From Candidatus Aenigmatarchaeota archaeon (GTDB lineage Archaea > Aenigmatarchaeota > Aenigmatarchaeia > Aenigmatarchaeales > JACQIB01), in assembly GCA_016198755.1 (NCBI GenBank), contig JACQIB010000005.1, positions 191,271-255,270 on the forward strand: a DNA stretch of 64,000 bases, given 5' to 3'. Shown here one piece after another: positions 56,738-64,000 of this stretch. Within the stretch, counting starts at the first letter, position 1. Every line of letters begins with the position of its first letter. The notes beneath the pieces were generated by a model that searched no databases, had not been told where the DNA came from, and saw only the letters and a program-made list of their open reading frames with translations. A program made the position numbers and the translations under genes.

Positions 56738-57604
56738 CTATCCCAGAAGGTAAATTGTTGCAACGCCCAAAATCATTATAAAGATTCCTACTATCCTTTC
56801 CCTCCAGCCCTCTTCTTTCAGTACGGAAAATCCTAACAATGAGCCAAATAAAACGCTCAGCCTTTTAACAGATACCACAAAAGGAGCCAAAGTTAGTGTA
56901 ATGGCTGTCATAAAAGAAAGCTCGTTTATTGTGGTTATTATTCCTATTAGGAATAAGCTGGGAAAATTTTTCCTTACAATACCGAGATCAAGCTTTTTCC
57001 TTGACAAAAGCCATGCGCTGGAAAAAATTGCCATTATTGAATAAATAAAGAAAATTGAGAATGTTACAGAAGAATGTTGCACAACGATTTTCCATGTGTT
57101 CCCTGTTATGCTCCATATGAATGCAACAATAAGCATTAGCATGGGGCCCCTCTCCTTTATCAGAGCTTTAAAGGGCTGTAAAAGCCCGTGTTTACTTTCC
57201 TTTATTTTTAGGAAATATGCGCCGAATACTATCATGACTATGCCCAATATGCCAAATATACCTGGAAACTCTCCTAATATTATTGGACTTGTCAACAGCA
57301 TGAAAACAGGCGTAAAAGCCACCATTGGCAGTGTTACTGAAAGGTCTGAAAGCTCTATTGCTTTCATGTAAATAAAAACAGATAAAAAGAATACAAATGC
57401 TGTAAAAATAGAATAAATGAAAAATGTCTGATCAAGATATGGAATGCCAAAAATAAATTGTAGGGGAGCTGTTATAAGAGCTGTAAAAACTGAGAATGAC
57501 CAGGCAACCATTCTATACGGAACTTTTTGTATATTCTTCTTGCTTACAAAATCTTTAAACGACTCCATTACAGCTGATAAAAGAGCATATAAAATCCACA
57601 TCAT
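56738..57604 (-). CDS. EamA/DMT transporter
   Basis: ~10 TM, two repeats, ILGE. Confidence 0.88.
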   Translation of the reverse strand: MMWILYALLSAVMESFKDFVSKKNIQKVPYRMVAWSFSVFTALITAPLQFIFGIPYLDQTFFIYSIFTAFVFFLSVFIYMKAIELSDLSVTLPMVAFTPVFMLLTSPIILGEFPGIFGILGIVMIVFGAYFLKIKESKHGLLQPFKALIKERGPMLMLIVAFIWSITGNTWKIVVQHSSVTFSIFFIYSIMAIFSSAWLLSRKKLDLGIVRKNFPSLFLIGIITTINELSFMTAITLTLAPFVVSVKRLSVLFGSLLGFSVLKEEGWRERIVGIFIMILGVATIYLLG

Positions 57605-57610
57605 AAAAAA

Positions 57611-58567
57611 TCACTTCCACTTTTCAGGGTATGTTCCTTTCTTTATTAAAACCTTATCTGTTTTAACAGCTAATCCAGCTTTCTTTTTTAGAATATCCTC
57701 CGAATTCATTAAAGCTGGACCAAAGCAGACAAATTCCCCCTTCAGGCTTAAAACAGCAACCAGATTCCCTCTTTCTATTCCCCTTTCAGCTCTTGAAATT
57801 CCCTGCACAGCTAACGGAGCCCCATTAGCTAAAGCTCCCACAGCTGAATCCTTTACAATAACAACTTTCATACCATCTGCTACCCGTTCCATTGGCAAAA
57901 CAATCTTTCTCAGGTTCTCTTCATTCCCGTCTTTCCATTCAGCAAAAGCATCAGCAAGTTCCTGCAAAGTATGAACTTCACTCTCAGGGAAAATGCCTGA
58001 CTTTACCCTTCTCAGTTCCTGCATATGTGCACCTGTACCTAAAAGTTTTCCGAAATCATCAGCAAGCCTTCTAATATAGGTGCCTGCCTCGCACTCAACC
58101 TCGCAGAGCAGGTTCCTGCTGTCTGCTTCAATAATTTTTATACTGTAAATCTCCCTTTCCCTGACCCTTCTGGCCACAGCAGACTTTACTGGGGGAAGCT
58201 GCTTTATTTTTCCTGTAAATGCTGCAACAGCTTCCCTTATTTGGGCCTCAGAAACTTCCTTGTGAAAACTAACAAGTGTAACATAAGTTTTCCTGCTTTT
58301 CAAAAGTATTGGCATGAGTTTTGTTGCGTTCTGGAGGGCAATAACCAAAACTCCGCTCACACGGGGATCCAATGTTCCTCCATGTGAACAGAGTGGAATT
58401 CCCAACAGTTCTTTTATCCATCTGTCTACTTGGTGTGAAGTTGGGCCAGGCGGCTTATCGAGAACAACTATACCGTTCTTTAACAGCTCTTCCGGAGTGC
58501 GTGAAGGTGGATAGAGCCCGTGGTTTGTGGTTGAAAATGCCTTTTCTTTTATAAAAAAATCCTGCAC
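57611..58567 (-). CDS. cbf5: H/ACA pseudouridine synthase Cbf5
   Basis: DKPPGPTSHQV, HGGTLDP, GTYIR, PUA domain. Confidence 0.96.
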   Translation of the reverse strand: MQDFFIKEKAFSTTNHGLYPPSRTPEELLKNGIVVLDKPPGPTSHQVDRWIKELLGIPLCSHGGTLDPRVSGVLVIALQNATKLMPILLKSRKTYVTLVSFHKEVSEAQIREAVAAFTGKIKQLPPVKSAVARRVREREIYSIKIIEADSRNLLCEVECEAGTYIRRLADDFGKLLGTGAHMQELRRVKSGIFPESEVHTLQELADAFAEWKDGNEENLRKIVLPMERVADGMKVVIVKDSAVGALANGAPLAVQGISRAERGIERGNLVAVLSLKGEFVCFGPALMNSEDILKKKAGLAVKTDKVLIKKGTYPEKWK

Positions 58568-59044
58568 TTACTGCACCCCTAGCAGCTTTCTAAATAACTG
58601 GGAAAATGGGATGGAAACAAGCACATACCATTTAAGCCAGCCCAAATAATTCCCTATAAACGGAAGTTCAAAAGGCAGCTTTACAATACTTTTTCCAATA
58701 AATGTGTAGGAAAGCCATGGCAAAATAACTACTGCAAGCAAAAGTGTTGCAAACATTGGCTTCATATTAAGTTTCATCATTTTGTTTGATAGCTTAAGGC
58801 TTTCTGTGGAAAGCTTGTTTGCCTCCTCTGGGTTTGTTTTCCTCAGCTCCTGCGACTTCTTTTGTAATGCAGCCTGCTCTTCTTTCAGCTTTTTAACTTC
58901 CTCCTGATTTGCAAGGAATCTGGAAAAAATAGTATAAATAAATACCAAAATTAGTGCAATTAAAAATTCTCCAAGAACCGGAGGTAGCAGAAGAAACGGA
59001 GAAAACAAAGTGTTCAGAACCCAGAAATAAAACTGTTCGGCCAT
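58568..59044 (-). CDS. EMC3/TMCO1 (DUF106) membrane insertase family
   Basis: TM-coiled coil-TM, GWL.WY...S; conserved position after adk. Confidence 0.9.
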   Translation of the reverse strand: MAEQFYFWVLNTLFSPFLLLPPVLGEFLIALILVFIYTIFSRFLANQEEVKKLKEEQAALQKKSQELRKTNPEEANKLSTESLKLSNKMMKLNMKPMFATLLLAVVILPWLSYTFIGKSIVKLPFELPFIGNYLGWLKWYVLVSIPFSQLFRKLLGVQ

Positions 59045-59689
59045 TTACTTCAAACTCTCCAACACTTTTAATATTTTAGCAACGATCTCTTCCGGAGGTA
59101 TGTCTATCCTGTCACAGGTTACATCATATGAAATTCCCTTCTTCCTGTAGTAATCTACCAACGGCATAGTCTGCCTTCTATATACTTCCAGCCTGTTCTT
59201 TATTTGCTCAGGCTTATCATCATCCCTTAGGAAAAGTTCACCCCCGCACTTGTCACATTTCCCCTCAATCTTTGGTTTCAGTGTAAGTGTATTGAAAATT
59301 GTTTTGCACTCTTTACAGGACAAGCGCGAACTTAATCTCTTTATTATTATTTCATCAGGCACAACAAGATTTACAATAACATCCACTTTTTCCATTTTAT
59401 CAAACATTTCTGCCTGCGGAATTGTTCTTGGAAACCCATCAAGTATAAACCCATTTTTACAGTCTGCCTGAGAAAGCCTGTCTTTTACTACATCCATTGT
59501 TAAATCATCCGGAACAAGGTTGCCAGACTTCATTACATCCTCAATCTTTTTTCCAAGTTCTGTTTTCTGAGCTAAATGCCCGCGGAAAATATCCCCTGTA
59601 GAGATATGCGGAATTTTATATATTGGAGCTATCCTGCTTGCATATGTTCCCTTCCCAGAACCCGGAGGCCCAAATAAAACTATTTTCAT
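59045..59689 (-). CDS. adk: Adenylate kinase (bacterial-type, Zn-LID)
   Basis: GPPGSGKGT, HISTGD, LDGFPR, CxxC...CxxC. Confidence 0.96.
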   Translation of the reverse strand: MKIVLFGPPGSGKGTYASRIAPIYKIPHISTGDIFRGHLAQKTELGKKIEDVMKSGNLVPDDLTMDVVKDRLSQADCKNGFILDGFPRTIPQAEMFDKMEKVDVIVNLVVPDEIIIKRLSSRLSCKECKTIFNTLTLKPKIEGKCDKCGGELFLRDDDKPEQIKNRLEVYRRQTMPLVDYYRKKGISYDVTCDRIDIPPEEIVAKILKVLESLK

Positions 59690-59699
59690 TTTTATCACT

Positions 59700-61346
59700 C
59701 TATTGTTGGCTTCCTCCCTTTATGAACTTTCTTGCCCATTCCGGCAAATCCTCATAGTGCTGGTTTACTATCGTTTCATACAGCTGGTAAACTATCATTA
59801 CAGTAAGCAGTATACCTGTTCCTGTTCCTAAAGCATGTGTAACATCAGCAAATCCTGCTAACAGTCCAATGAAAGCTCCGCCCAATACAGTTAATGCAGG
59901 TATATACTTCTGAAGAACATTCTCTATTATTCTTGGGTCCCTGCGGAATCCTGGTATCATTAAAGCTGAGGATTCAAACTGCTTTGCAACGCTCTGCGCA
60001 TCCATTCCTGCAGTATTAACCCAGAAAATTGAGAAAATTATAGAACCAATAGTAAGTACAGAGATATAGGTTATTGTTCTCAATACCTCTCTTGGAACAT
60101 CAGTTAAACCTAAACTGCCTAACTCTCCCAGAGCAGCTATAATTCCTACACCAACCAGAAGACCTATTATTCCGCCCAGAACTGCAAATCTGGCTATATA
60201 TTTTTTGAAAACTGTAGAAGCAAGGAAAATAAACAGAAGAGTAAAAATACCAATAAAAATTGCTATCGTGGGTATTGGTGAGAATGTTCCTTTGCCTGGG
60301 AGTGTTAAATAGTAAATAAGCCCTCCGATTGGAACTGGAGCAGAATTTGCGCTTGGTGGGGAAAATACACCAAGTAAATTTATTCCCTTGTCAGCCAGCG
60401 CTCTTGCAACTACCTGTACATTAGCTAAAACAGCTGCCATTAGAATAACAGGAATATTGGATGTATACAAAAATTTTAATGGCCAGCGCCGCGAAGCAAA
60501 CTTTCCAAATGGCAGTGAAAATGCAAGAGGTATCTCTACTTTTATTCCCTGTACAAAGAAAACTATTGCAAAAACCACTGCTGTTGCTATCAATGGAAGC
60601 AAAGTTTCGAAAGCTATGTTAGGCTGCCCTATAGCTAAGCTGTTTACAAATCCCCATAAAAGCCCTCCTGAAGCTGTACCTTTCAGCGCATCAGTAAACG
60701 GCGGGGAAAACAATCCAACTATTATTGTTTTTGAAACTCCTGCTGCAATAAAGAGAGAAACTCCAGACCCTATACCCCACTTGCTTACAACCTCATCCAT
60801 GAACAATATTACAATACCTCCCAAAGCAAGCTGTACTACAAGGCCTATTGTTAAAAGGGAAACTGTAAATCCTGGTAGAGCCTGTGCCCCGGGCACAGCT
60901 GAAGCTACAAGGTTGTGTGTAACAGGATCAAAATGCGTTGAAACAGGCACAGCACCAGCCATAACATAGGCTGCTGCCTCTATGAAGCAGAAAGATATTG
61001 CTAATAGCTTTTGCATACCCATGAACTTTGCTTTCCCTTCAGGAGTCTGAGTGTTCCAGCTAAGTACTTTTGAACCAACTAACAGCTGTAAAATAATGGA
61101 AGCTGTTACTATTGGCCCAATACCAAGTGTTATTATAGATCCAAACTTAGAGCCGAAAACAATTTCATAAAACTCAAACTGCAGCACATTCTGCTTGTTC
61201 AGACCAAAAACAAACACGCTTCCAAGAAAATAAAATAATATAAGCATTAATCCTGTCCAGAAAATCTTTTCCTTGAAAGCAGGTTTTATCTCTGGTTTAC
61301 TTACAGCAGGCAAAAGATTTGCAAAGCTTTCAATTGAAAACTGCAA
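59700..61346 (-). CDS. secY: Protein translocase subunit SecY
   Basis: LGIGPIVTASII.QLL, KWGIGSG.SLFI, YTSNIP, IPGFR. Confidence 0.96.
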   Translation of the reverse strand: MQFSIESFANLLPAVSKPEIKPAFKEKIFWTGLMLILFYFLGSVFVFGLNKQNVLQFEFYEIVFGSKFGSIITLGIGPIVTASIILQLLVGSKVLSWNTQTPEGKAKFMGMQKLLAISFCFIEAAAYVMAGAVPVSTHFDPVTHNLVASAVPGAQALPGFTVSLLTIGLVVQLALGGIVILFMDEVVSKWGIGSGVSLFIAAGVSKTIIVGLFSPPFTDALKGTASGGLLWGFVNSLAIGQPNIAFETLLPLIATAVVFAIVFFVQGIKVEIPLAFSLPFGKFASRRWPLKFLYTSNIPVILMAAVLANVQVVARALADKGINLLGVFSPPSANSAPVPIGGLIYYLTLPGKGTFSPIPTIAIFIGIFTLLFIFLASTVFKKYIARFAVLGGIIGLLVGVGIIAALGELGSLGLTDVPREVLRTITYISVLTIGSIIFSIFWVNTAGMDAQSVAKQFESSALMIPGFRRDPRIIENVLQKYIPALTVLGGAFIGLLAGFADVTHALGTGTGILLTVMIVYQLYETIVNQHYEDLPEWARKFIKGGSQQ

Positions 61347-61721
61347 CTAAAGCACCTCTGCTTTTCCCCCTGCCTTTTCTATTTTTTCCTTTGCAGAAGC
61401 TGAGAAAGCAGAAGCTTTTACTGTTACAGCCCTATCCAGCTTCCCTGAACCCAAAACTTTTATTCCCTTTAACACAAAATCATTCCTCCCAACTTCCAGA
61501 TTCCTAAGGTTTATGGTTTTAAGATGTTCACGCGGTGCAAAATCCTCGCGCCCAAAATGCTCAGGATCAAACCTAATTCTCCAGCTTTTCTTCTGCTTAA
61601 GCATTCCAGCCTGTCCCTTTCCTCCCTGCGAACCTCCTCCCCTGTGTTTTTTCTTTCCTCCCCAGCCATGGCTTCCAGAACCGCGCTGCCTTGAAAATTT
61701 ACTTCTGAATTTTGATGTCAT
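61347..61721 (-). CDS. rpl15: 50S ribosomal protein L15
   Basis: [15 protein letters not shown]. Confidence 0.95.
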   Translation of the reverse strand: MTSKFRSKFSRQRGSGSHGWGGKKKHRGGGSQGGKGQAGMLKQKKSWRIRFDPEHFGREDFAPREHLKTINLRNLEVGRNDFVLKGIKVLGSGKLDRAVTVKASAFSASAKEKIEKAGGKAEVL

Positions 61722-62149
61722 TAAATCATCCTCTCAAGTAAGTCGTTTATTTTTTCCTTCCTGTTTCCAAGCTCCCCGTTAGGAAATGCCTGTTTCTTTT
61801 CCTTGTAAAATCCTCCTGAAGGCGGAGTTAACCTGAACACAGGTTTTATTCCAATATCACTTAATTTTTTGCCGGCCTTTAATGCAGTAATAATCTCAGA
61901 AACCTCACTCTCTGTTAACCTCTTATCCCCAGCTTTTCTCCCCCTTTTCAGAAGCAACATTTTAAGAAGTTCATCAGAAATAGCTCCCCATGTTATATAG
62001 TTATTTGCCATTCTCAGCATTCCAATGTTTGAAGGTGTTTCTGCAAGCAAAATACAGTGATGTATCCTGTTCAATCTAAGAAGCTTCATAGTCTCCCTTA
62101 AAGCAGGCTTCGAATGTATTATTGAACGCAACCTGATAACAGCCAGCAT
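61721..62149 (-). CDS. rpl30: 50S ribosomal protein L30
   Basis: [21 protein letters not shown]. Confidence 0.95.
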   Translation of the reverse strand: MLAVIRLRSIIHSKPALRETMKLLRLNRIHHCILLAETPSNIGMLRMANNYITWGAISDELLKMLLLKRGRKAGDKRLTESEVSEIITALKAGKKLSDIGIKPVFRLTPPSGGFYKEKKQAFPNGELGNRKEKINDLLERMI

Positions 62150-62869
62150 TTACATCCCCTTTACTCCGGCTGAAGCTCTAAATTCATCCCTCAGCCTGTA
62201 TCTGTTTAAATTGTTTAAAGCATTTACAACAGCCATAACCGTGTTTATTCTTGAGGCTGTCTGTCCTTCGCTCTTTGACCAAACATCATGTATACCTGCA
62301 AGTTTCAATATTTTCTTTACCTCATCATTTACAGCAAGCCCCAAACCTTTTGGTGCTGGTATAAGCTTCATTCTTACAGAACCAGCTTTCCCCGTAACTG
62401 AAAAAGGTATAGAATGAGGAGACTTGCATCCACACTCCCAGCTTCCGCATCCAAGCCTTATTGGGAAAATAGCAAGCTTTGCCATCCTTATTGCTTTATT
62501 CACAGCTTCCCTATGCATCCCTGGAGGCCCACCTGCAAGCCCATATCCTATATACCCATCTTCATTTCCTATAACAACCATTACAGAAACTCTGAATCTT
62601 CTACCTGACTTGTGCATACGTGCAGTCCTTTTTGATGGGGTCCTTCTTATCCCTCCCCCCTTCCCCCCGCTTCCTCCAATCAAAATAACATCATTCTTCA
62701 GGTTTGGCAAAAAGTGATCTATAATTTCAGCTTCCCTTATTTTAATTCCAGCCTCAAACAACTGGTCCAGAGAACTATATTTTCCTGCAGCAACATCCTT
62801 TCCAACTCCGGTTTTCGGAATCCATCCAGTCTGTTTCTTTTCACTCTGCACTTCTTCTTTGTTGTCCAT
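62150..62869 (-). CDS. rps5: 30S ribosomal protein S5
   Basis: W.PKT..G, GCGSWEC.C, PAPKGLGL. Confidence 0.97.
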   Translation of the reverse strand: MDNKEEVQSEKKQTGWIPKTGVGKDVAAGKYSSLDQLFEAGIKIREAEIIDHFLPNLKNDVILIGGSGGKGGGIRRTPSKRTARMHKSGRRFRVSVMVVIGNEDGYIGYGLAGGPPGMHREAVNKAIRMAKLAIFPIRLGCGSWECGCKSPHSIPFSVTGKAGSVRMKLIPAPKGLGLAVNDEVKKILKLAGIHDVWSKSEGQTASRINTVMAVVNALNNLNRYRLRDEFRASAGVKGM

Positions 62870-62880
62870 TTTTACACCTA

Positions 62881-63408
62881 TTATTTGTTGTTTCCAGCTA
62901 TTTTTTGTTTTATACTCTCAAACAGTTTTGGAATCTCTGAAGGCTTTGTTTTATAGTCCTTCCAGCTTGAGTATGATGCTATATGCTCTCCTCTTACTCT
63001 ATCTTCCGAGGGCAGTATTTCCTTTGAGTGGCTTATTTCTATTCCAGAATTTATAGCACCCATTAATGCTGAATAAAGTCTTGAACCTTTTGTTGATGTC
63101 TGCAATCCCAAATCAGCTGTTGCTTTCTTAACTCCTGCTTTCAAAGCCCTTGAACCTGCAAGATATCCAGTAAGATAAGCTGCAGGCAAATTTCCCATTG
63201 GAGCATCCCATCCAAGTTCCTTTAACTCTGATGTTTTGGCTGATGCCAAAATCCTGTCTCCATTGTTCCCAACATCCACAAACTGAACTGAAATGTGCTT
63301 GTTGCTCTTCCTTATAACAGCCCTTACAAGCCCTGATTTTAGAAGGGCAAGCCTGAGTCCATAGTTTGTCTTTTCTTCCAGTCTCCTGCGGAAAGCTTTT
63401 TTAAACAT
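62881..63408 (-). CDS. rpl18: 50S ribosomal protein L18
   Basis: RRR.E.KTNY..RL.LL, N.PAAYLTG. Confidence 0.96.
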   Translation of the reverse strand: MFKKAFRRRLEEKTNYGLRLALLKSGLVRAVIRKSNKHISVQFVDVGNNGDRILASAKTSELKELGWDAPMGNLPAAYLTGYLAGSRALKAGVKKATADLGLQTSTKGSRLYSALMGAINSGIEISHSKEILPSEDRVRGEHIASYSSWKDYKTKPSEIPKLFESIKQKIAGNNK

Positions 63409-63412
63409 TTTT

Positions 63413-63823
63413 TCACTCCTTTAATATTTTTTTCTCCTTCAGGTAGTTCATTAAGTGTGCCTTGCTCCTGAATGAATTCCCCTTTATCATAAGGTATATT
63501 TTCCTGTATTCCTTACCAACTTTCTTTTCACTCCTCAGACCATGTAACAAAGCTCTCTGAGGTCTTACAATCTTGAGCCAGTTTGTTTTATTCCCTGTCC
63601 TTGCCTTCTTTGTACCTTTCCTGCTTCCAGCCCCCTGCTTCCTGTGTACTTTATGTTTCGTGGTCTTTTCCTTAATCCTCTTTATTGAACCCGCAGCTAT
63701 CAATCCCCTTATATCAGACCTTGTAATAGCCTGTGCAACTTTTACGGCTGCAGCTGGATCTATCCAGACTCTGCTCTCTCCGCAATCAAGTATCCTTGAT
63801 GCAAGCCTGCGCTGCAAACTCAT
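63413..63823 (-). CDS. rpl19e: 50S ribosomal protein L19e
   Basis: QRRLA..IL.CG..RVWIDP, GSRKG. Confidence 0.96.
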   Translation of the reverse strand: MSLQRRLASRILDCGESRVWIDPAAAVKVAQAITRSDIRGLIAAGSIKRIKEKTTKHKVHRKQGAGSRKGTKKARTGNKTNWLKIVRPQRALLHGLRSEKKVGKEYRKIYLMIKGNSFRSKAHLMNYLKEKKILKE

Positions 63824-63975
63824 GAAAGTTGCACCTCCTGCTCTACTCCGCTCCTTACCAGTCCAAACTCAGAGAATACAGTGGAACAAGTTGGACAGAT
63901 AAATATCTTTGGATCTTTCATGAATACATTCGACTCTATGCCGCAGCTCGGGCATCTGCTCTCATTTATGAACAT
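63820..63975 (-). CDS. 51-aa zinc-ribbon protein
   Basis: GGAGG RBS; MFINESRCPSCG...ICPTCSTVFSEFG; ATGA overlap with rpl19e. Confidence 0.75.
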   Translation of the reverse strand: MFINESRCPSCGIESNVFMKDPKIFICPTCSTVFSEFGLVRSGVEQEVQLS

Positions 63976-64000
63976 TTTTATCTGCCTCCTTTCTGGGGTT
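63962..64000 (-). CDS. 3' end of upstream gene, probably rpl32e
   Basis: NPRKEADKNVHK*; inferred from conserved gene order. Confidence 0.45.
   Translation of the reverse strand, partial: NPRKEADKNVHK

Noticed and set aside
57611-58567. BHB intron in cbf5, as found in some crenarchaea
   Set aside because: Frame is continuous through HGGTLDP
1-64000. CRISPR array or cas genes
   Set aside because: No regularly spaced repeats seen; repetitive tracts encode Thr/Ser or Gly/Pro protein linkers

Overview
Archaeal chromosomal segment. Archaeal ribosomal, RNAP and KEOPS genes, SRP RNA, BHB-type tRNA introns and TATA boxes ~22-25 nt before mostly leaderless starts point to an archaeon; the compact gene content is DPANN-like (tentative). 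Housekeeping blocks: proteasome beta, proS/proC, mre11-rad50, herA, nurA, bud32, rps15/rps3ae, taw1, rpl18e-rpl13-rps9-rpoN, rpoD, rps13-rps4-rps11, and the distal spc cluster (rpl32e to secY-adk-DUF106-cbf5). Accessory genes are interleaved between them. Highlights not shown by the ORF track: (1) three tRNA genes carrying 3, 4 (possibly 5) and 2 introns, one of which is a 102-nt intron with a stretch antisense to the conserved 16S h30/h31 sequence; (2) rpoN broken by a +1 frameshift at CTT-TAG-C, directly behind an inserted free-standing LAGLIDADG gene; (3) an 8-gene Cys/His-rich putative metal-handling operon in which two proteins end in MVGGC; (4) an ArsR regulator with a divergent 34-aa microprotein that mimics its C-terminal coiled coil, plus a 17-bp promoter motif shared with a giant surface-protein gene; (5) a ~1.1-kb fic-only mini-island in tRNA-Ser; (6) two paralogous giant Cys-rich secreted proteins; (7) a UDP-glucose dehydrogenase with a duplicated dimerization domain and a SecY with two extra hydrophobic segments. 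All calls are by eye, without database searches.
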